Part shown: positions 13,650-26,500 of the stretch, piece by piece
Numbering within the stretch: the first letter of the stretch is position 1
Layout of the letters: the number at the start of each line of letters is the position of its first letter
DNA from: Malacoraja senta
Lineage: Eukaryota
DNA length: 64,000 nt
Direction: 5' to 3'
Assembly: GCA_038087875.1 (NCBI GenBank)
Contig: CM075978.1
Span: forward strand, 178,498,001 to 178,562,000
Translations under genes and position numbers: made by a program
Notes under the pieces: model-generated
Told to the model about the DNA's origin: nothing
What the model saw: only the letters and a program-made list of their open reading frames with translations
The model's database searches: none

Positions 13650-14097
13650 GTTGGATATGCAGGGAATGGAGGGATATTGATCGTGTGGAGGCAATGTTCT
13701 TTTAGAAAGGTGATGAGGATAAATGTCTTTAGTCAGAAGGTGGTGAAGCTGTGAAAGTCTTTGCCACAGAAGGCTGTGGTGGCCAAGTCAGCAGATATTT
13801 TAAGGCAGAGATAGATTCTTGATTAGTACAGGCGTTATGGGGAGATGGCAGAAGAATGGTTCAGAGGGGAATATAGATCAGCCATGATTGAATGGTGGAG
13901 CAGACTTGATGGGCCGAATGGCCTAATTCTACTCCTATCACTTGTGGCATGTTATGACATGTGGACAAATATATGGATAAGAAAAGTTTAGAGGAATCTG
14001 GACCAAATGCAGGCAGGTGGGACCAATGTAGATTGGCCATCTTGGTCGACATGGGTAAGCTGGACTGAAGGGCCTGTTTCCATGCTGTATGACTATG
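13650..14097 (+). repeat. Cluster of decayed CR1 3' ends
   Basis: gatcagccatgattgaatgg...gggccgaatggccta and gaagggcctgtttccatgctgtatgactatg tail motifs. Confidence 0.7.
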
Positions 14098-14299
14098 CTA
14101 ATTGCTGCATGAACAGCAAAATTAATGTACAAAATAGGTATGTTCCTAGGACATGTTTGTGATTCATTCCATTTGGTCCTTCGAATGATTAGATGAACCA
14201 AAAGCTTAATATATATATATATGTCGATAGTTTGCAAATTTTGAGAGAATTTACAGTAATACCGACAACCACTCACTCAGTCTGTCACTAGAGTAACGC

Positions 14300-14578
14300 A
14301 GCAGCAGTTTGTACCATCGACAGCATGCACTGCAACCACTCACCAAGAATCCTTACACAGCACCTTCCAAACCCATGACCTCTCCTAGCCCAAAGGACAA
14401 GGGCAGCAAAAGTATGAGGTACCACCACCTGGAGGTTGCGCTCCAAGCCACACACCATCCTGGCTGGGAAACACATCACCTATCCTTTACCATCGCAGGG
14501 TCCTGGAACATTCCGCGTGTCTTCACATCTCACGGACCGTGGCGGTTCAAGTAGCAGCTCACCATCATCTTTCTCAAG
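14300..14578 (+). mobile_element. Decayed CR1/L2-like LINE 3' region
   Basis: cagcaccttccaaaccc...gcggttcaagtagcagctcaccatcat; related antisense fragments at about 1660-1910 and 22900-23330. Confidence 0.55.
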
Positions 14579-14778
14579 NNNNNNNNNNNNNNNNNNNNNN
14601 NNNNNNNNNNNNNNNNNNNNNNNNNNNNNNNNNNNNNNNNNNNNNNNNNNNNNNNNNNNNNNNNNNNNNNNNNNNNNNNNNNNNNNNNNNNNNNNNNNNN
14701 NNNNNNNNNNNNNNNNNNNNNNNNNNNNNNNNNNNNNNNNNNNNNNNNNNNNNNNNNNNNNNNNNNNNNNNNNNNNNN
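14579..14778. other. Assembly gap (200 N)
   Basis: Run of exactly 200 N; the true distance is unknown. Confidence 1.
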
Positions 14779-15274
14779 TGATTAATTGGTTTGGTTGTCA
14801 GCACACATACTATTAATGGCAAAAGGATAGCAATCAACCCATTAAAAAAGTACATTAAGCAATACACAACAATTACTGTCTGGGGCAAACTGTGAACCAT
14901 GTTTACTACTTCATATATATTGTTTTTCCTGTCTCATCAACATGAAGGATGACGGTTGAAGAGAATGGAATTTTTTTGTTCCGGCCATCAATGGTTAAAT
15001 ACAATACTGCCAGACAATAGCTGTTCTTCAAATCTATTCGATTAGCACCCTATATCCAAAAAACAAGCTCCAGCTCATAGGTGTAACAGTCATTTCCATT
15101 ATCAACCACCTTGCAGGATGTAAAAATGTTAAATAATTTAGTCCTAGTTTCTTTCCTTTTGTGATGCCTCAAGTATGAGAGTCTCATTTAGAGAGTGCTC
15201 GTACTCAGAGCTCTAAGCTGAAACAAATTTCTGGTGACAACCCAGTCAGCTGTTGAATAGTATGGTGTAAACCG

Positions 15275-15371
15275 AAGATAGACCCAAAAAGCTGGAGTAA
15301 CTCTGCAGGACAGGCAGCATCTCTGGAGAGAAGGAATGGGTGACGTTTTGGGTCGAGACCCTTCTTCAGAC
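15275..15371 (-). repeat. Penelope terminal fragment with degenerate hammerhead-like core
   Basis: Reverse complement reads gtctgaagaagggtctcgacccaaaacgtcacccattcc. Confidence 0.75.
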
Positions 15372-16367
15372 CTCCTTACTGCTGAATAGACCTCCTTGCC
15401 AATGTGGTGGACCCAAATCAAATCTGTTTACATTATATCTTGGCAGCTTAGAAAATTAAGTTTTCAAATCTTGAGTTCTCCTTCCTCCAATTTGGTGGTC
15501 TCTCAGGATAAAGGGCATCTTGCCTCCACTCTAGCTCTGTGAGTTCAAAGTGCCTGATGGGTCTTGCGTTGGATCCCGAGTTTGTGTACAGGTTGAGCTA
15601 CATCGGGCAAGCAGGTGGGATGTTCACTCCCACCTCCAATTGCACTTGTCATCCACATACTCCCATCAAAGTTGTACTCAATGTCTTCCTACTTTGATTA
15701 GTCGTGGATCCGAGATTCCCACGAATCAGAGGATATGGGCACATTTTTGAGCAGACATTTTCTTGGTCTTCCTAGTTGATCGTCTTACATTCTGGTTCTG
15801 TGGGTTCCAAGGCAGTTGTCGAGACTCTTCCACAGGTGGGCTGAAAGGAGGCTGACAGGGCGAGTGTATGGGCAGTTTGTGAGATGGTGGACTCCATCCA
15901 CTGTTCAGGTGCAGATCACGTGTGCTCGGGATGACATTGAGGTTCTCAATACCATACCCAATGCAGCTTATCCACTTAGAGCAGCCATATGGCAGTGGTC
16001 CCCAGAAGTTCCCAGGATCAGCTAAGATCACTTCCCACTGCCATCAGACTCCTGAACTGACCTCTCATCTGATAAAGATGAATTCCCAATCTTCCAATCT
16101 ACCTTGTGACCCTTGAACTTTATTTTTATATACTGAGAGGCATAATGGACGTCAGAGTCTTATTCCCAAAACGGCGGCGGTTCCGCTCCGTACTACACGC
16201 CAGTCCGTTGGTTTTTGTAGGAGTGGTCTATCTTGCTCCTCTAGTATCTTTGATCTGAACCTTCGATGCAGTTGTAACAATGCATCCTGCACTGCTCACT
16301 TTTTCTTTTGTACTGACTGATGTGCTGATGTCTGATATGATTTGCCTGGTTTGCATGCAAAACAAAG

Positions 16368-16460
16368 TTTGAAGAAGAGTCTCAACCCAAAATGTCACCT
16401 ATCCATGTTCTCCAAAGGTCCTGCTTGACCTGCGGAGCTGCTCCAACACAGTGTCCTTTT
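16368..16460 (+). repeat. Penelope terminal fragment, decayed
   Basis: tttgaagaagagtctcaacccaaaatgtcacctatcc resembles 21773-21810. Confidence 0.65.
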
Positions 16461-16729
16461 GTGTATTAACCAACATCTACAGATTTTTGTTTCTACAAAA
16501 TAAAGATTGGTTTATTATTGTCACGTATACCAAAATCAATACCAATAAACTTTCCTTTCCATAGAATGATTATCTTGGTTATTTATTTACTTGTCATGGA
16601 TAAATTGGGTTACATATTCCCTAATCCAACAGTGACTGTCCTTTTATAAATGATCAGTGATAAAGCACCACAAGACATCAGAGATTCTGTGAGATATTAT
16701 TTAAATATTGGATCCTTTAAACCATAGTG

Positions 16730-16916
16730 CAGGGGTTCCCAACCTTTTTCGTCCCGTTTACCCCTGGCACATAAGGTATTTCACTTATTTATGAACTAAT
16801 GATGAATAGGTACTGGTATGCCAAACACAGTCAGTCAATGAGAAAAAATGTACAAATCCAGAATCAACAAATTTACCACCTGGGTGGGTAAACTTACCCT
16901 AGGTTGGGAACGCTTG
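16730..16916. mobile_element. hAT-type MITE (187 bp)
   Basis: TIRs caggggttcccaacct / aggttgggaacgcttg; 8-bp TSD ccatagtg (16722-16729) and ccatagta (16917-16924). Confidence 0.85.
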
Positions 16917-18770
16917 CCATAGTAAGTATTGATCTGAAAGACGCAGGTTCTGTGCAAAAAAAAAACGAGGCCAAAAACAGATGTGGGGTAGTGCCTTCAG
17001 AAGCAGATGGAAACAATGGAATGCAGCTAATTAGTGAGAAGTATGATGCTAGACTGGAGAGAGATGGAGTCCCACAGGGATGAACTTGGACTGGTTTTGC
17101 TTTAAATTAACAACTAAATGAGCTGGAAACCAAAGTAAGCTGTAAACAGCTATATTTGCTGGTGACATTGATATTGGAAGAACCATGACAGATTCCTTTG
17201 CTTAAAAGTTACTTAACTGTGTAGACAAGTGGCATTACAATTGGTAATTGTAAAATAGTTACACACTGCAGATGCTGGAAATCTGTAATAAAATGAAGCA
17301 GTGCTAGACATACTCAGCATTTGCTGAGCACTAATATGTAATAATAATCATAATAATAATACATTTATTTTATATAGTGCTTTTCATGTAGGCTCAATCC
17401 CCATTTCTAAAGAGTCCATTTATCATGAATCAAGTTTTAAGTTTCAGAGCAAGTATGTTGTTGCAACAGATAGCATATCGGGAGGGGCAGGGAGAGTAAA
17501 AGGGAAAATCTATTGATAGAGCACCAAATTGAAACTGTTTTTCCTCTCTCTCTCCACAGATGCAGCCTGACCCAATAATCGCTGCAATTCCGTTGTCATT
17601 TCAGATTTTCATCCCCTGCTGCATTTTGTTTTTGAACCTTCCCATAGAATCGTCCCTTCGCCTTCCTTCTACCTGGCCAACTTGTTCAAATAAATCAATT
17701 TAAAATGCACAGCCGTTTGGAAACTGGCGAGTTGAGACAATGAAGGACAAGCAGGCAGCTTGTTACAGCTGCAATTATAAACACCTGGCTATAGCAAGTT
17801 TTCCCAGAAAAAAAGTAATTTGATTGCATTTCCACTTTTCGAAATCGTCCATTTTAATTTCTGGGCAGGGTAATTAGCATGAAATAATATGTTTAGATGA
17901 AAATACGAATTAGTTTTGAAATTATAAGCATCTCTAAAGTAATCCATGTGGCACTTGGGCCTCTGTGCTCATATGAAGACGGCTTGCCTTGGTGTTTCCT
18001 CAATGCTCGCTGGGTTACATCACAGGGTATTAAGAGCAGGCACAATTATGCTGACACTAATCAGTGAATCACTCAGATTGCTTTTAATGTAAAATAACAG
18101 TTTTCCTCAAATTAGCAAATAGCTTCATGAAGTGTCTCAGCTGCTCTGGATTGATATGCTGTATATTTTGCACCAAGAAGGTGTCATCCTTGGCCCAAGT
18201 TGAACAAGCAGATCTCAGTATAATTACAGCATCACTCGCTATCGAAGATTAGAAAGAGCAGAAGTCAGAATCAGGAAGTGGCTTCAATCCATTTGACAAA
18301 CAGATCTGTGGACGTTAAACACAAGTCCAGTGTTAACCTGCACCACAATCTGCTAAATTTGAATGTATCCTTGTCTAAGAAACTTATCAATATTTCCACA
18401 ATTCCTTATATCAGAGGTTATTCCAGTCCGTCAAGTCTACGCCAGCTCACACAACGTTCCCTCTCTCCCACTAATTTGCTCTACATTCCCCGTGCATTCC
18501 CGTCAATTCCTCCCCGATTCTACCACTCAATGACACAAATAAACAATAATAAATTAGAAATACGAGGCAACCATACCATAAAAGTGCAAACCCAAAGTAC
18601 TTAATGCAACCAAAAGCAAACTCCATGGTAGATCGCAGCTCAGGTAGAGGTGCGGGTCTATTTTTATGATTGCAGTGGAGCGTGGTGACCTTTTGCCAGC
18701 TGTTAAACTAGACAAGATTAGATATACCCATTTTAAACCATTTATGTTATGCACATAACATGTTATAATT

Positions 18771-18992
18771 GTACGGAGGTTGTACGTTCTCCCCGTGACC
18801 TGCGTGGGTTTTCTCCAGGATCTCTGGTTTCCTCCCACATTCCAAAGACATACGGATTTGCAGGTTAATCGGCTTGGAATAATTGCAAATTGTCCTTAGT
18901 GTGTAGGATAATGTTAGTGTGCAGGGATTGCTGGTCAGCGCAGACTCGGTGGGCTGAAGGGCCTGTTTCTGCACTATCTCTCTAAACTAAAC
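18771..18992 (+). mobile_element. HE1-like V-SINE, 5'-truncated
   Basis: V-domain gttctccccgtgacctgcgtgggttttctcc...ggtttcctcccacattccaaagac, CR1-derived tail gaagggcctgttt and (ctaaa)n end. Confidence 0.8.
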
Positions 18993-19614
18993 ACAACAGC
19001 ATAAAATCGGTGCGGTAACAGATAGGCAGGTTTACTAATGAAAGTTCGATCGTCCGAAGATCGCAGAATTGTCAACCCTGCAGCTTACATAAACCGCAAG
19101 CACAGCCAGACAGGTCTCCAGTGCCCAGAATGGTGGTCATCGTGGTGACCCGCAAGTAAGAATGAAGCACCAAGGACTGGGTCAAGTCTAGGAAACTCCT
19201 CCACAAATGGTGTCTTCACCGGAGGAACAGTGACAATTCACTAAGACAATTGAAGATTAGGGGTGGGGGAAAGAGGAAGAAATGCTAGCCTTCCCAAACA
19301 CACCCTAAATTCCTAAAAAGAGATCAAGATAGATAAAAAATAATCTGTATCCTGGTTCAGCATAGCAACAATCTGGTTTATGATTGGAAGGATCGAATTA
19401 AGAAACTACCAACCTTTAAAATATCAGACTGAGAAAATTCCATTGATAAATACACATATTTTCCAACCTTTGAGCCAAAATAAGAGCAACTCAATGGGGA
19501 TGAAAGTTATTGGTCAATGCAAGGTGTAAAACAAATTCACTGGACAAGATTCCTGGGCCAGATACTGAAGAAATAGGAGCATTTGGCCCTTCAAGCTTGT
19601 CCTGCTATTCAATA

Positions 19615-19759
19615 GGGTATGGGGATCAGAGGGTATGGAGAGAAGGCAGGTACGGGATACTGAGTTGGATGATCAGCCATGATCATATTGAATGGCGGTG
19701 CAGGCTCGAAGGGCCGAATGGCCTACTCCTGCACCTAATTTCTATGTTTCTATGTTTCT
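19615..19759 (+). repeat. CR1-A 3' tail inserted into an older antisense CR1 tail
   Basis: Matches 4700-4839; aata at 19611-19614 and 19760-19763; the flanks rejoin as ctattcaata-caatcatggctgat. Confidence 0.85.
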
Positions 19760-20494
19760 AATACAATCATGGCTGATTTGCTCCAGGCCACAACAACTCT
19801 CCTACATTGCTACTCATGGGCCTCAATTCCCTCATCTTTTAAAATAATGTCTACCTACTTAAATACATTCAGTTATTTAGTCTGCCCAACCCTCCAAGAT
19901 ACAGAATTGCAGAGATGTTTCTATGCACCTTGGTTTTAAGTGACCACACCTTATTCTTGTAGCTGTGACCTCTTACTCACAATTCCACCACAAGTGAAAA
20001 CATCTCCAAATCTCCAGTCATAACTTTTCAGGACACACGTTTCAATCAGACTCTCTCTTTCTCTTAATGCAAATGAATGATGGAAGCGCATTCAAATCTC
20101 CTTGCAATGAAGGAATATTTAGATACCACATTTTCTTAGGAGATTAATTGTTTGGTTTAGATGTGTGGTAGAAGAGTTCACGTTAATGATGGAGCTCCAG
20201 AATTTGACATGAGCAGCCCAATTCGTTTACAGCTTGAAATTTCTTTCAAACTAAATAAATCCAGGATTCAAATAATTTCATGCTGAGCACGGACAATCAC
20301 AAAAAACTGTCACGAGCAAGTTTACATTGGCATGTTCAATTATAAATGTGGACATAAGTGTATGATGGAGCATAAAAAGGGGAAAATATTTGACTTCAAC
20401 ATGGGAACAGAAAAGTATATATGCACGTTAGCCCAAATATATTACTGCAGTTGTTTTTCACTTCTTGAAGTACATTATATTGCAGGGCGTATCC

Positions 20495-21865
20495 AAATCC
20501 AAGGCGTAGCTATGGGAACACGCATGGGCCCAAGCTGTGCCTGCCTCTTTGTAGGGTACGTCGAACAATCCTTGTTCGAGACGTACCATGGCCCTATCAC
20601 CGAACTCTACCTCCCCTACATCGACGACTGCATTGGTGCTACCTCCTGCACCCATACAGAACTCACTGACTCCATCCATTTCACCACTAACTTCCATCCG
20701 GCACTCAAATATACCTGGACCATTTCCGACTTCTCCCAACCATTTCTAGACCTCACTATCTCCATCGCAGGTGACAGACTACTGACCGACATCTACTATA
20801 AACCCAATGTCTATCTGGACTACACCTCTTCCCACCCTGCCTCCTGTAAGGACTCCATCCCCTACTCCCAATTCCTCCGTCTACACCGCATCTGCACCCA
20901 GGATGAGGTGTTCCAAACCAGGGCATCGGAGATGTCCTCATTCTTTAGGGAACAGGGGTTCCCCTCTTCTACTATAGATGAGGCTCTCACCGGTTTCTCT
21001 TCGATACCCCGCGACTCTGCTTTCACTCCCCTCCCCCCCCCACTCGTAACAATGGCAGAGTCCCCCTTGTCCTCACCTTCCACCCTAGCAGCCGTCACAT
21101 ACAACAAATAATCCTCCAACGGGACCCCCACCACTAGCCACATCTTCCCATCTCCTCCCGTTTCGGCTTTCCGCAGAGACCGCTCCGTCCATAACTCCCT
21201 GGTCAATTCGTCCCTTCCCACCTGAACCACCCCCTCTCCTGGTACTTTCCCTTGCAACCGCAGGAAATGCTACGCTTGTCGCTTTACCTCCCCCCTTGAC
21301 TCCATTCAAGGACCCAAGCACTCTTTCCAGGTGCGGCAGAGGTTCACCTGCACCTCCTCCAACCTCATCTATTGCATCCTCTGCTCTAGATGTCAGCTGC
21401 TCTACATCGGTGAGACCAAGCGTAGGCTTGGCGATCGCTTCACCCAACACCTCCGCTCGGTTTGCAATAACCAACCTGATCTCCCGGTGGCTCAGCACTT
21501 CAACTCCCCCTCCAATTCCGAATCCGACCTTCCTGTCCTGGGCCTCCTCCATAGCCAGAGTGAGGCCCACCGTAAATTGGAGGAGCAGCACCTCATATTT
21601 TGCTTGGGTATTTTACACCCCAGCGATATGAACATTGACTTCTCTAATTTCAGGTAATCCCTGCTTTCTCCTTCTTTCCCCTCCCCTTCCCAGCTCTCGC
21701 ATAGCCCACTGTCTCCGCCTCTTCCTTTCTTCTCCCCCCCCTCCACCCCCCCCCCCTCCACCCCCACATCAGTCTGAAGAAGGGTCTCGACCCGAAACGT
21801 CGCCTATTTCCTTCGCTCCATAGATGCTGCCTCACCTGTCGAGTTTCTCCGGCATTTTTGTCTAT
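20495..21865 (+). mobile_element. Penelope-like retroelement, 5'-truncated (RT plus GIY-YIG endonuclease), disrupted
   Basis: GVAMGTRMGPS and YIDD in ORF 20332-21111; NLIYCILCSRCQLLYIGETKRRLGDRF (GIY-YIG) in ORF 21331-21657; pyrimidine-rich 3' UTR. Confidence 0.92.
21771..21805 (+). ncRNA. Minimal type I hammerhead-ribozyme-like motif in the Penelope terminal repeat
   Basis: CTGAAGA (21774-21780), extra A, stem II GGGT-ctcg-ACCC, GAAAC, then GTC (putative cleavage after 21801); stem I is only about 2 bp. Confidence 0.55.
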
Positions 21866-24653
21866 CTTATTTTGCAGGGAAATTTGTGATCCGTTCCATT
21901 TCAAAATTAATGAAAAATTTCTTAAATTGCCAGGTAAGGGAAGCTCCATGGAGCACATCTGCAATGAAAATATTTGCAGGGCAAGTTAATTCACAGCTTC
22001 ACTAAAAGGCATTTAGAAAGGCCATCAAAACCAATCCCTACATGTTTTGCACTGTAGCCAAAGCAGCAGCTCACATCAGTGGATGAACTTCTAACAATGG
22101 AGGCGGTGCAGGAAGATTTTCTTAAATTGCTGGCCTAATAGAGAACTAATGCCATCCGTTGTATAGAACCTTGGATGCTCTTTGGGATCTAATGGGGAAT
22201 CCACACTAGTTAAATAGAGGCAGAGTCCAAGCTAAAAAGGTCTCACTAAGCATTTCCTGGCTAACAGCAATGAGAAATCCAAGTTCCTTTCTGCACGTCC
22301 CCAACTGCATGAGAGGGGAGAAGCTTTGCTTGATTGTGTGCCCTGTGTGTTATCATTCATGCATTGTCCCTCTCAAAAGGATCTCTTGCACTCCAAGGGT
22401 CCTTGAGCTCAGGTTATGCGGGCTTCTTGGAACCAGTTGGCTCGAGATGCTGAAGCACTGAGTAACCCTAGTATAGGGAGTCTGTAAATCCCCAGAAACC
22501 ACTCAAGGCCTGCAATATCTGAAGCTCAATACAACACCTCAAAATTACTCCCCACAAAATGCAGCTTTTTAAATAAAACAAATATTTAAATGTGCTCACT
22601 TCCCATTGATGCACATTGCTGGCCCAGTGTGGAGAACAGCCAGGTGCTACAATGCTGCCAACTATTTTAGTTTAGTTTATTGTCACGGGTACAGAGGTGC
22701 AGTGAAAAGCTTTTGTTGCGTGCTAACCAGTCAGCAAAAAGACAATCCATGATTACATTCAAGCTATCTACAGTGTACAGATACTTGATTATAAAGGGAA
22801 TAATGTTTAGTGCAAGATCACATAGTAGTACCAATGGGCACCATTTGGACATAGAAATAAACGTATCCAACAGTCCCGAAACAATAGTCTCATTCATTTA
22901 TGGGATGCGGGTGATGGCAGTGAGACCAAACATTTATAGCCCATGTCCAACTGCTCTCAAGATGGTGAGCTGCCTCCTTAAACTGCTACAGTCATTTAAG
23001 AACTCCCACAATAATGTTAAGAGCTAGTTCCTGAATTTAGACTGAATGATAATAAGAGGACAGTGATATTTAATTCAGAATGATGTGCAACTGATGGAAA
23101 CTGGAGGTAGAGACACTCCCATACACCTAATGTCTGTGCTTTTTGGCATTAGAAGCTCTGGATTCAGATGCTGGTGTTGAACTAGCCTGGCCGATTTGCT
23201 GCAGTGCATTTTTTAGATTGGAGGGAATGGGTGTTGACAAGTCTAACAGCTTACTTTGTCCCTAATGTTGTCGAGCTTTGAGAGTCAAGAAGATCCCACC
23301 AGAGTCCTGGTTTGCAGCTGGTGGAAAGATCTTGTGGTGTCAGGGGGCGAATCACACCCAGTCATTATCAAGGAGTGTGTTCCTTGAAAATTGGCTGGTC
23401 CACAATTTGCTGTAACAGGAAGTGCGTCAATTCACATCAATTCAACTCAAGATTACAGCCATTACCAACCAAGGGTTCTTCTCCAAAAGAACATTAACTT
23501 CAGGCAATTTAAGCTATTCACTGCAATTTCTCAACTGGTATGCTGTGAAAGTTGTCTTTATTCCCACAGGCGTGGTGTGAACAGCATCCAGAACTGGAGC
23601 ACACACAGGGCTGTGAATTTGGCCGTCAATGATGATTGCTACCAGGAGCACTGCTAACGCGAGCTGGGCCCCTCCCCAGTGGGAGCTCAAGTCTTGATAA
23701 CTGAAATGATCAACTGTGAAGCAAAGTCTGTTCATTTTACAGGTACGCTGAAAGGATACTTTTTTTTTTTTTAACTGGATGACATATGGAGAGGGGTATG
23801 GATGGGCAGAAGCAATTAGCAGTAGTTTATAAGTTAAACAGTCCCTACATGAAATGCAATCAGTACCCTCAATTCTAATTTAGCTGTTTGAGAAACCCAG
23901 GTTGCAGCAAATTGGTGATTACGGATTACTGCAATTTCTGACTTAACGAAGCCGCACTATCCTGGCAGCATCAACGACTGGGCTTGCAACAATGTGTCTG
24001 TTCCTTAGCAGACATAGCATTCTGTGTCTCCACATACCATCACCTTCTTCACAGATTATTGGCCAATGACTAGTAGATTTTAAAACAAGAAGCTATCTCA
24101 GCTGTAATTGTACTTGGACACCTTGCAAAGTACAATAAGAAAATAGATGGAGCAACCCACTCGGCCCTCCAACACTGCCCTGCCATTCAATACAATCATG
24201 ACTGATCTTCCCCCGTTCCCAACACTTCCCCAAAGCTTTCAATTCGTGAATTATGAAAGTATAGGTCTTCTCCTGGTTATGAAAGGATTCGGTTCCCAAG
24301 AACTTCGAATGGGAAGTATTGCTGCCCAGTAATATATGTAAATAAAAACATAGGCTAATGAAGGGCCACATGTGGGTTAACCCAGGACGTTTAACTTAAC
24401 CATTTAATGTCTCTGCAAGATGTAATGATTTTGCTGTGAAGACAGTTCCTTCATGTTGGAAGTTGATTCCAGCCAGAAAATCCATCTCATCTACCTGCCA
24501 AACGCTCACTCACATGAGCTGTTCATAAGACTGAGGAGGACGTGCCCTTCATTTATAGATTACCAGGGATCCTACCTCCATTACCCTCTGTGGTAGAGAA
24601 TTCCAGAGATCGACCACCCTCTAAGAGAGAAAGTTTAGTTTAATTTAGTTTAG

Positions 24654-25147
24654 TGGAAGTATATTCTTGCTATTGAGGGAGTGCAGCGTAGATTCAAGAG
24701 GTTAGTTCCAGGGATGGTTGGACTATCATATGATGAAAGAATGGAACGACTGGGCTTGTATTCACTGGAATTTAGAATGATGAGAGGCGATCTTATAGAA
24801 ACATATAAAATTATAAGGGATTGGACACGCTAGATGCTAGTTGGGGGAGCCCAGAACCAGGGGCCACAGTTTAAGAATAAGGGATAGACCATTTAGAACT
24901 GACATGAGGAAAAACCTTTTCACACAGAGAGGTGTGAATTTGCCTCAGAAGGCAGTGGAGGCCGATTCACTGGATGCATTCAAAAGAGAGTTAGATATAG
25001 CTCTTAGGGCTAGTGGAATCAAGGGGTATGGGGAGAAGGCAGGAACAGGGTATGGTTGTGGATGATCAGCCATGATTACATTGAATGGCGGTGCTGGCTC
25101 GATGAACTGAATGGCCTACTCCTGCACCTATTGTCCATGTATCTATG
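24654..25147 (+). mobile_element. CR1 3' fragment inserted in the tail of an antisense HE1-like SINE
   Basis: RTRGHSLRI...KRELDIAL; the SINE (tttag)n end lies at 24632-24653 and the SINE body resumes at 25148. Confidence 0.85.
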
Positions 25148-25355
25148 AGATACAGCATAGAAAACCGGCTCTTCTGCCCACCGGCGACCTCCCACACACT
25201 AAAACTATCCTATACTCACTAGGGACAATTTACAATTTTACCAAGCTAATTGGTCTACAAACCTGTGTGTCTTTGGAGTGTGGGAGAGCTCCCAAAGAAA
25301 ACTCATGCAGTTCACGGGAGAATGTAAAAACTCCATACAGACAGCAGGCATAGTA
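25148..25355 (-). mobile_element. HE1-like V-SINE
   Basis: gtctttggagtgtgggag...cacgggagaatgtaaaaactcc is the reverse complement of the V-domain at 18771-18992. Confidence 0.75.
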
Positions 25356-26500
25356 AGCAACAATGTGAAGTATACCATTTAATCCAATTGCAACGCATCA
25401 ATTTTTAAAAGTAGCAAAAAGCATAAAATTGCTTGAGTGAAAAAACTGGAGTGTTTACAAAATCTGGACAGGCATCAGACTCAAGGTCACCACTGACCCT
25501 TGTTGAGGAAGCAAAATTTTGCATGATCAAAGAAATACACACAGTTGCCCTCAATGATAACACCTTGAGATGCTGCTGTGCACGTTCTGTTTAGGGTAGG
25601 AGACTATTCTTGGCTTGGGTGCAAACAGCACGAAGCTGCAGTTTCCCCGTGTGGATTGTACCTTTCAGAAGATTATTGCAAAGTGGCTTGTTATCCTGCC
25701 AAAACAAGTGTGCACACTGCAGCATTACGGTTAATGACTATATTCTGGAGTGAATTGTGCATTACTGATAAAAGCATTTGGAAAACTGTTTTAGTGCAGT
25801 ACGTGTTTACTTGAAAACTCCATTTGCTGTAATTATTGATCCAGGTACATGGAAACACATGGGCAGCCTGTTGTCAGATATACTCTCCAGAACTGGGCAG
25901 CCAGGTGAGCTCACACCTTCCACACCAGGTATCAGGTAAAGTACAACATTTGCAGGCCAGTTTCCTTGCTGTAAGATTTAAGTCCCTATTTAAAGAATTA
26001 GAGAAATTGACAAATGTGAAACAAAAGTATTGTAAAGAATGACAGAACATTGGAGTGAGACTCGTGCCTTTCCTCAGAGGCAGTGACTCAATCAACCATC
26101 GGCATCACCACTTGAGCACAGTCTCCATGACATTATGTCAACAGGATCTCGAGCCTCCACTCCACTCCACTGATGGGCATGTCACGAACACCCCATCCAA
26201 CCGTCTCCCATCTGTCTCCAACTTCCACGCTTGGATCTGGGAGCTGTCGGTGTGTAAACAGGCTGATAGTTGCAGCGCTCTTTGGGAGCGCTGGCCACCA
26301 GTCAGCACACCACAGAACCCCGGGTCCAGTGACTGGGAGAGCCCCTCACCTGCGTCCACTTTAAGCCACCTGTCGCGGTCTTGATCTCAAAATGAGATTC
26401 AGCAACACCCTGTTCCTGGGCTGACTGGTGAAGATAACTCTGTGGCCCAGAAAGAAACATGCCAGACTCAAGACTTGAACTTCCTTGAAGCTTACTACCC

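Noticed and set aside
14436-14900. ORFs containing long X runs
   Set aside because: Artefacts of the 200-N gap.
16130-16255. CpG-rich short element with degenerate inverted ends
   Set aside because: The TIR match is too poor and no TSD is identifiable, so it cannot be called with confidence.
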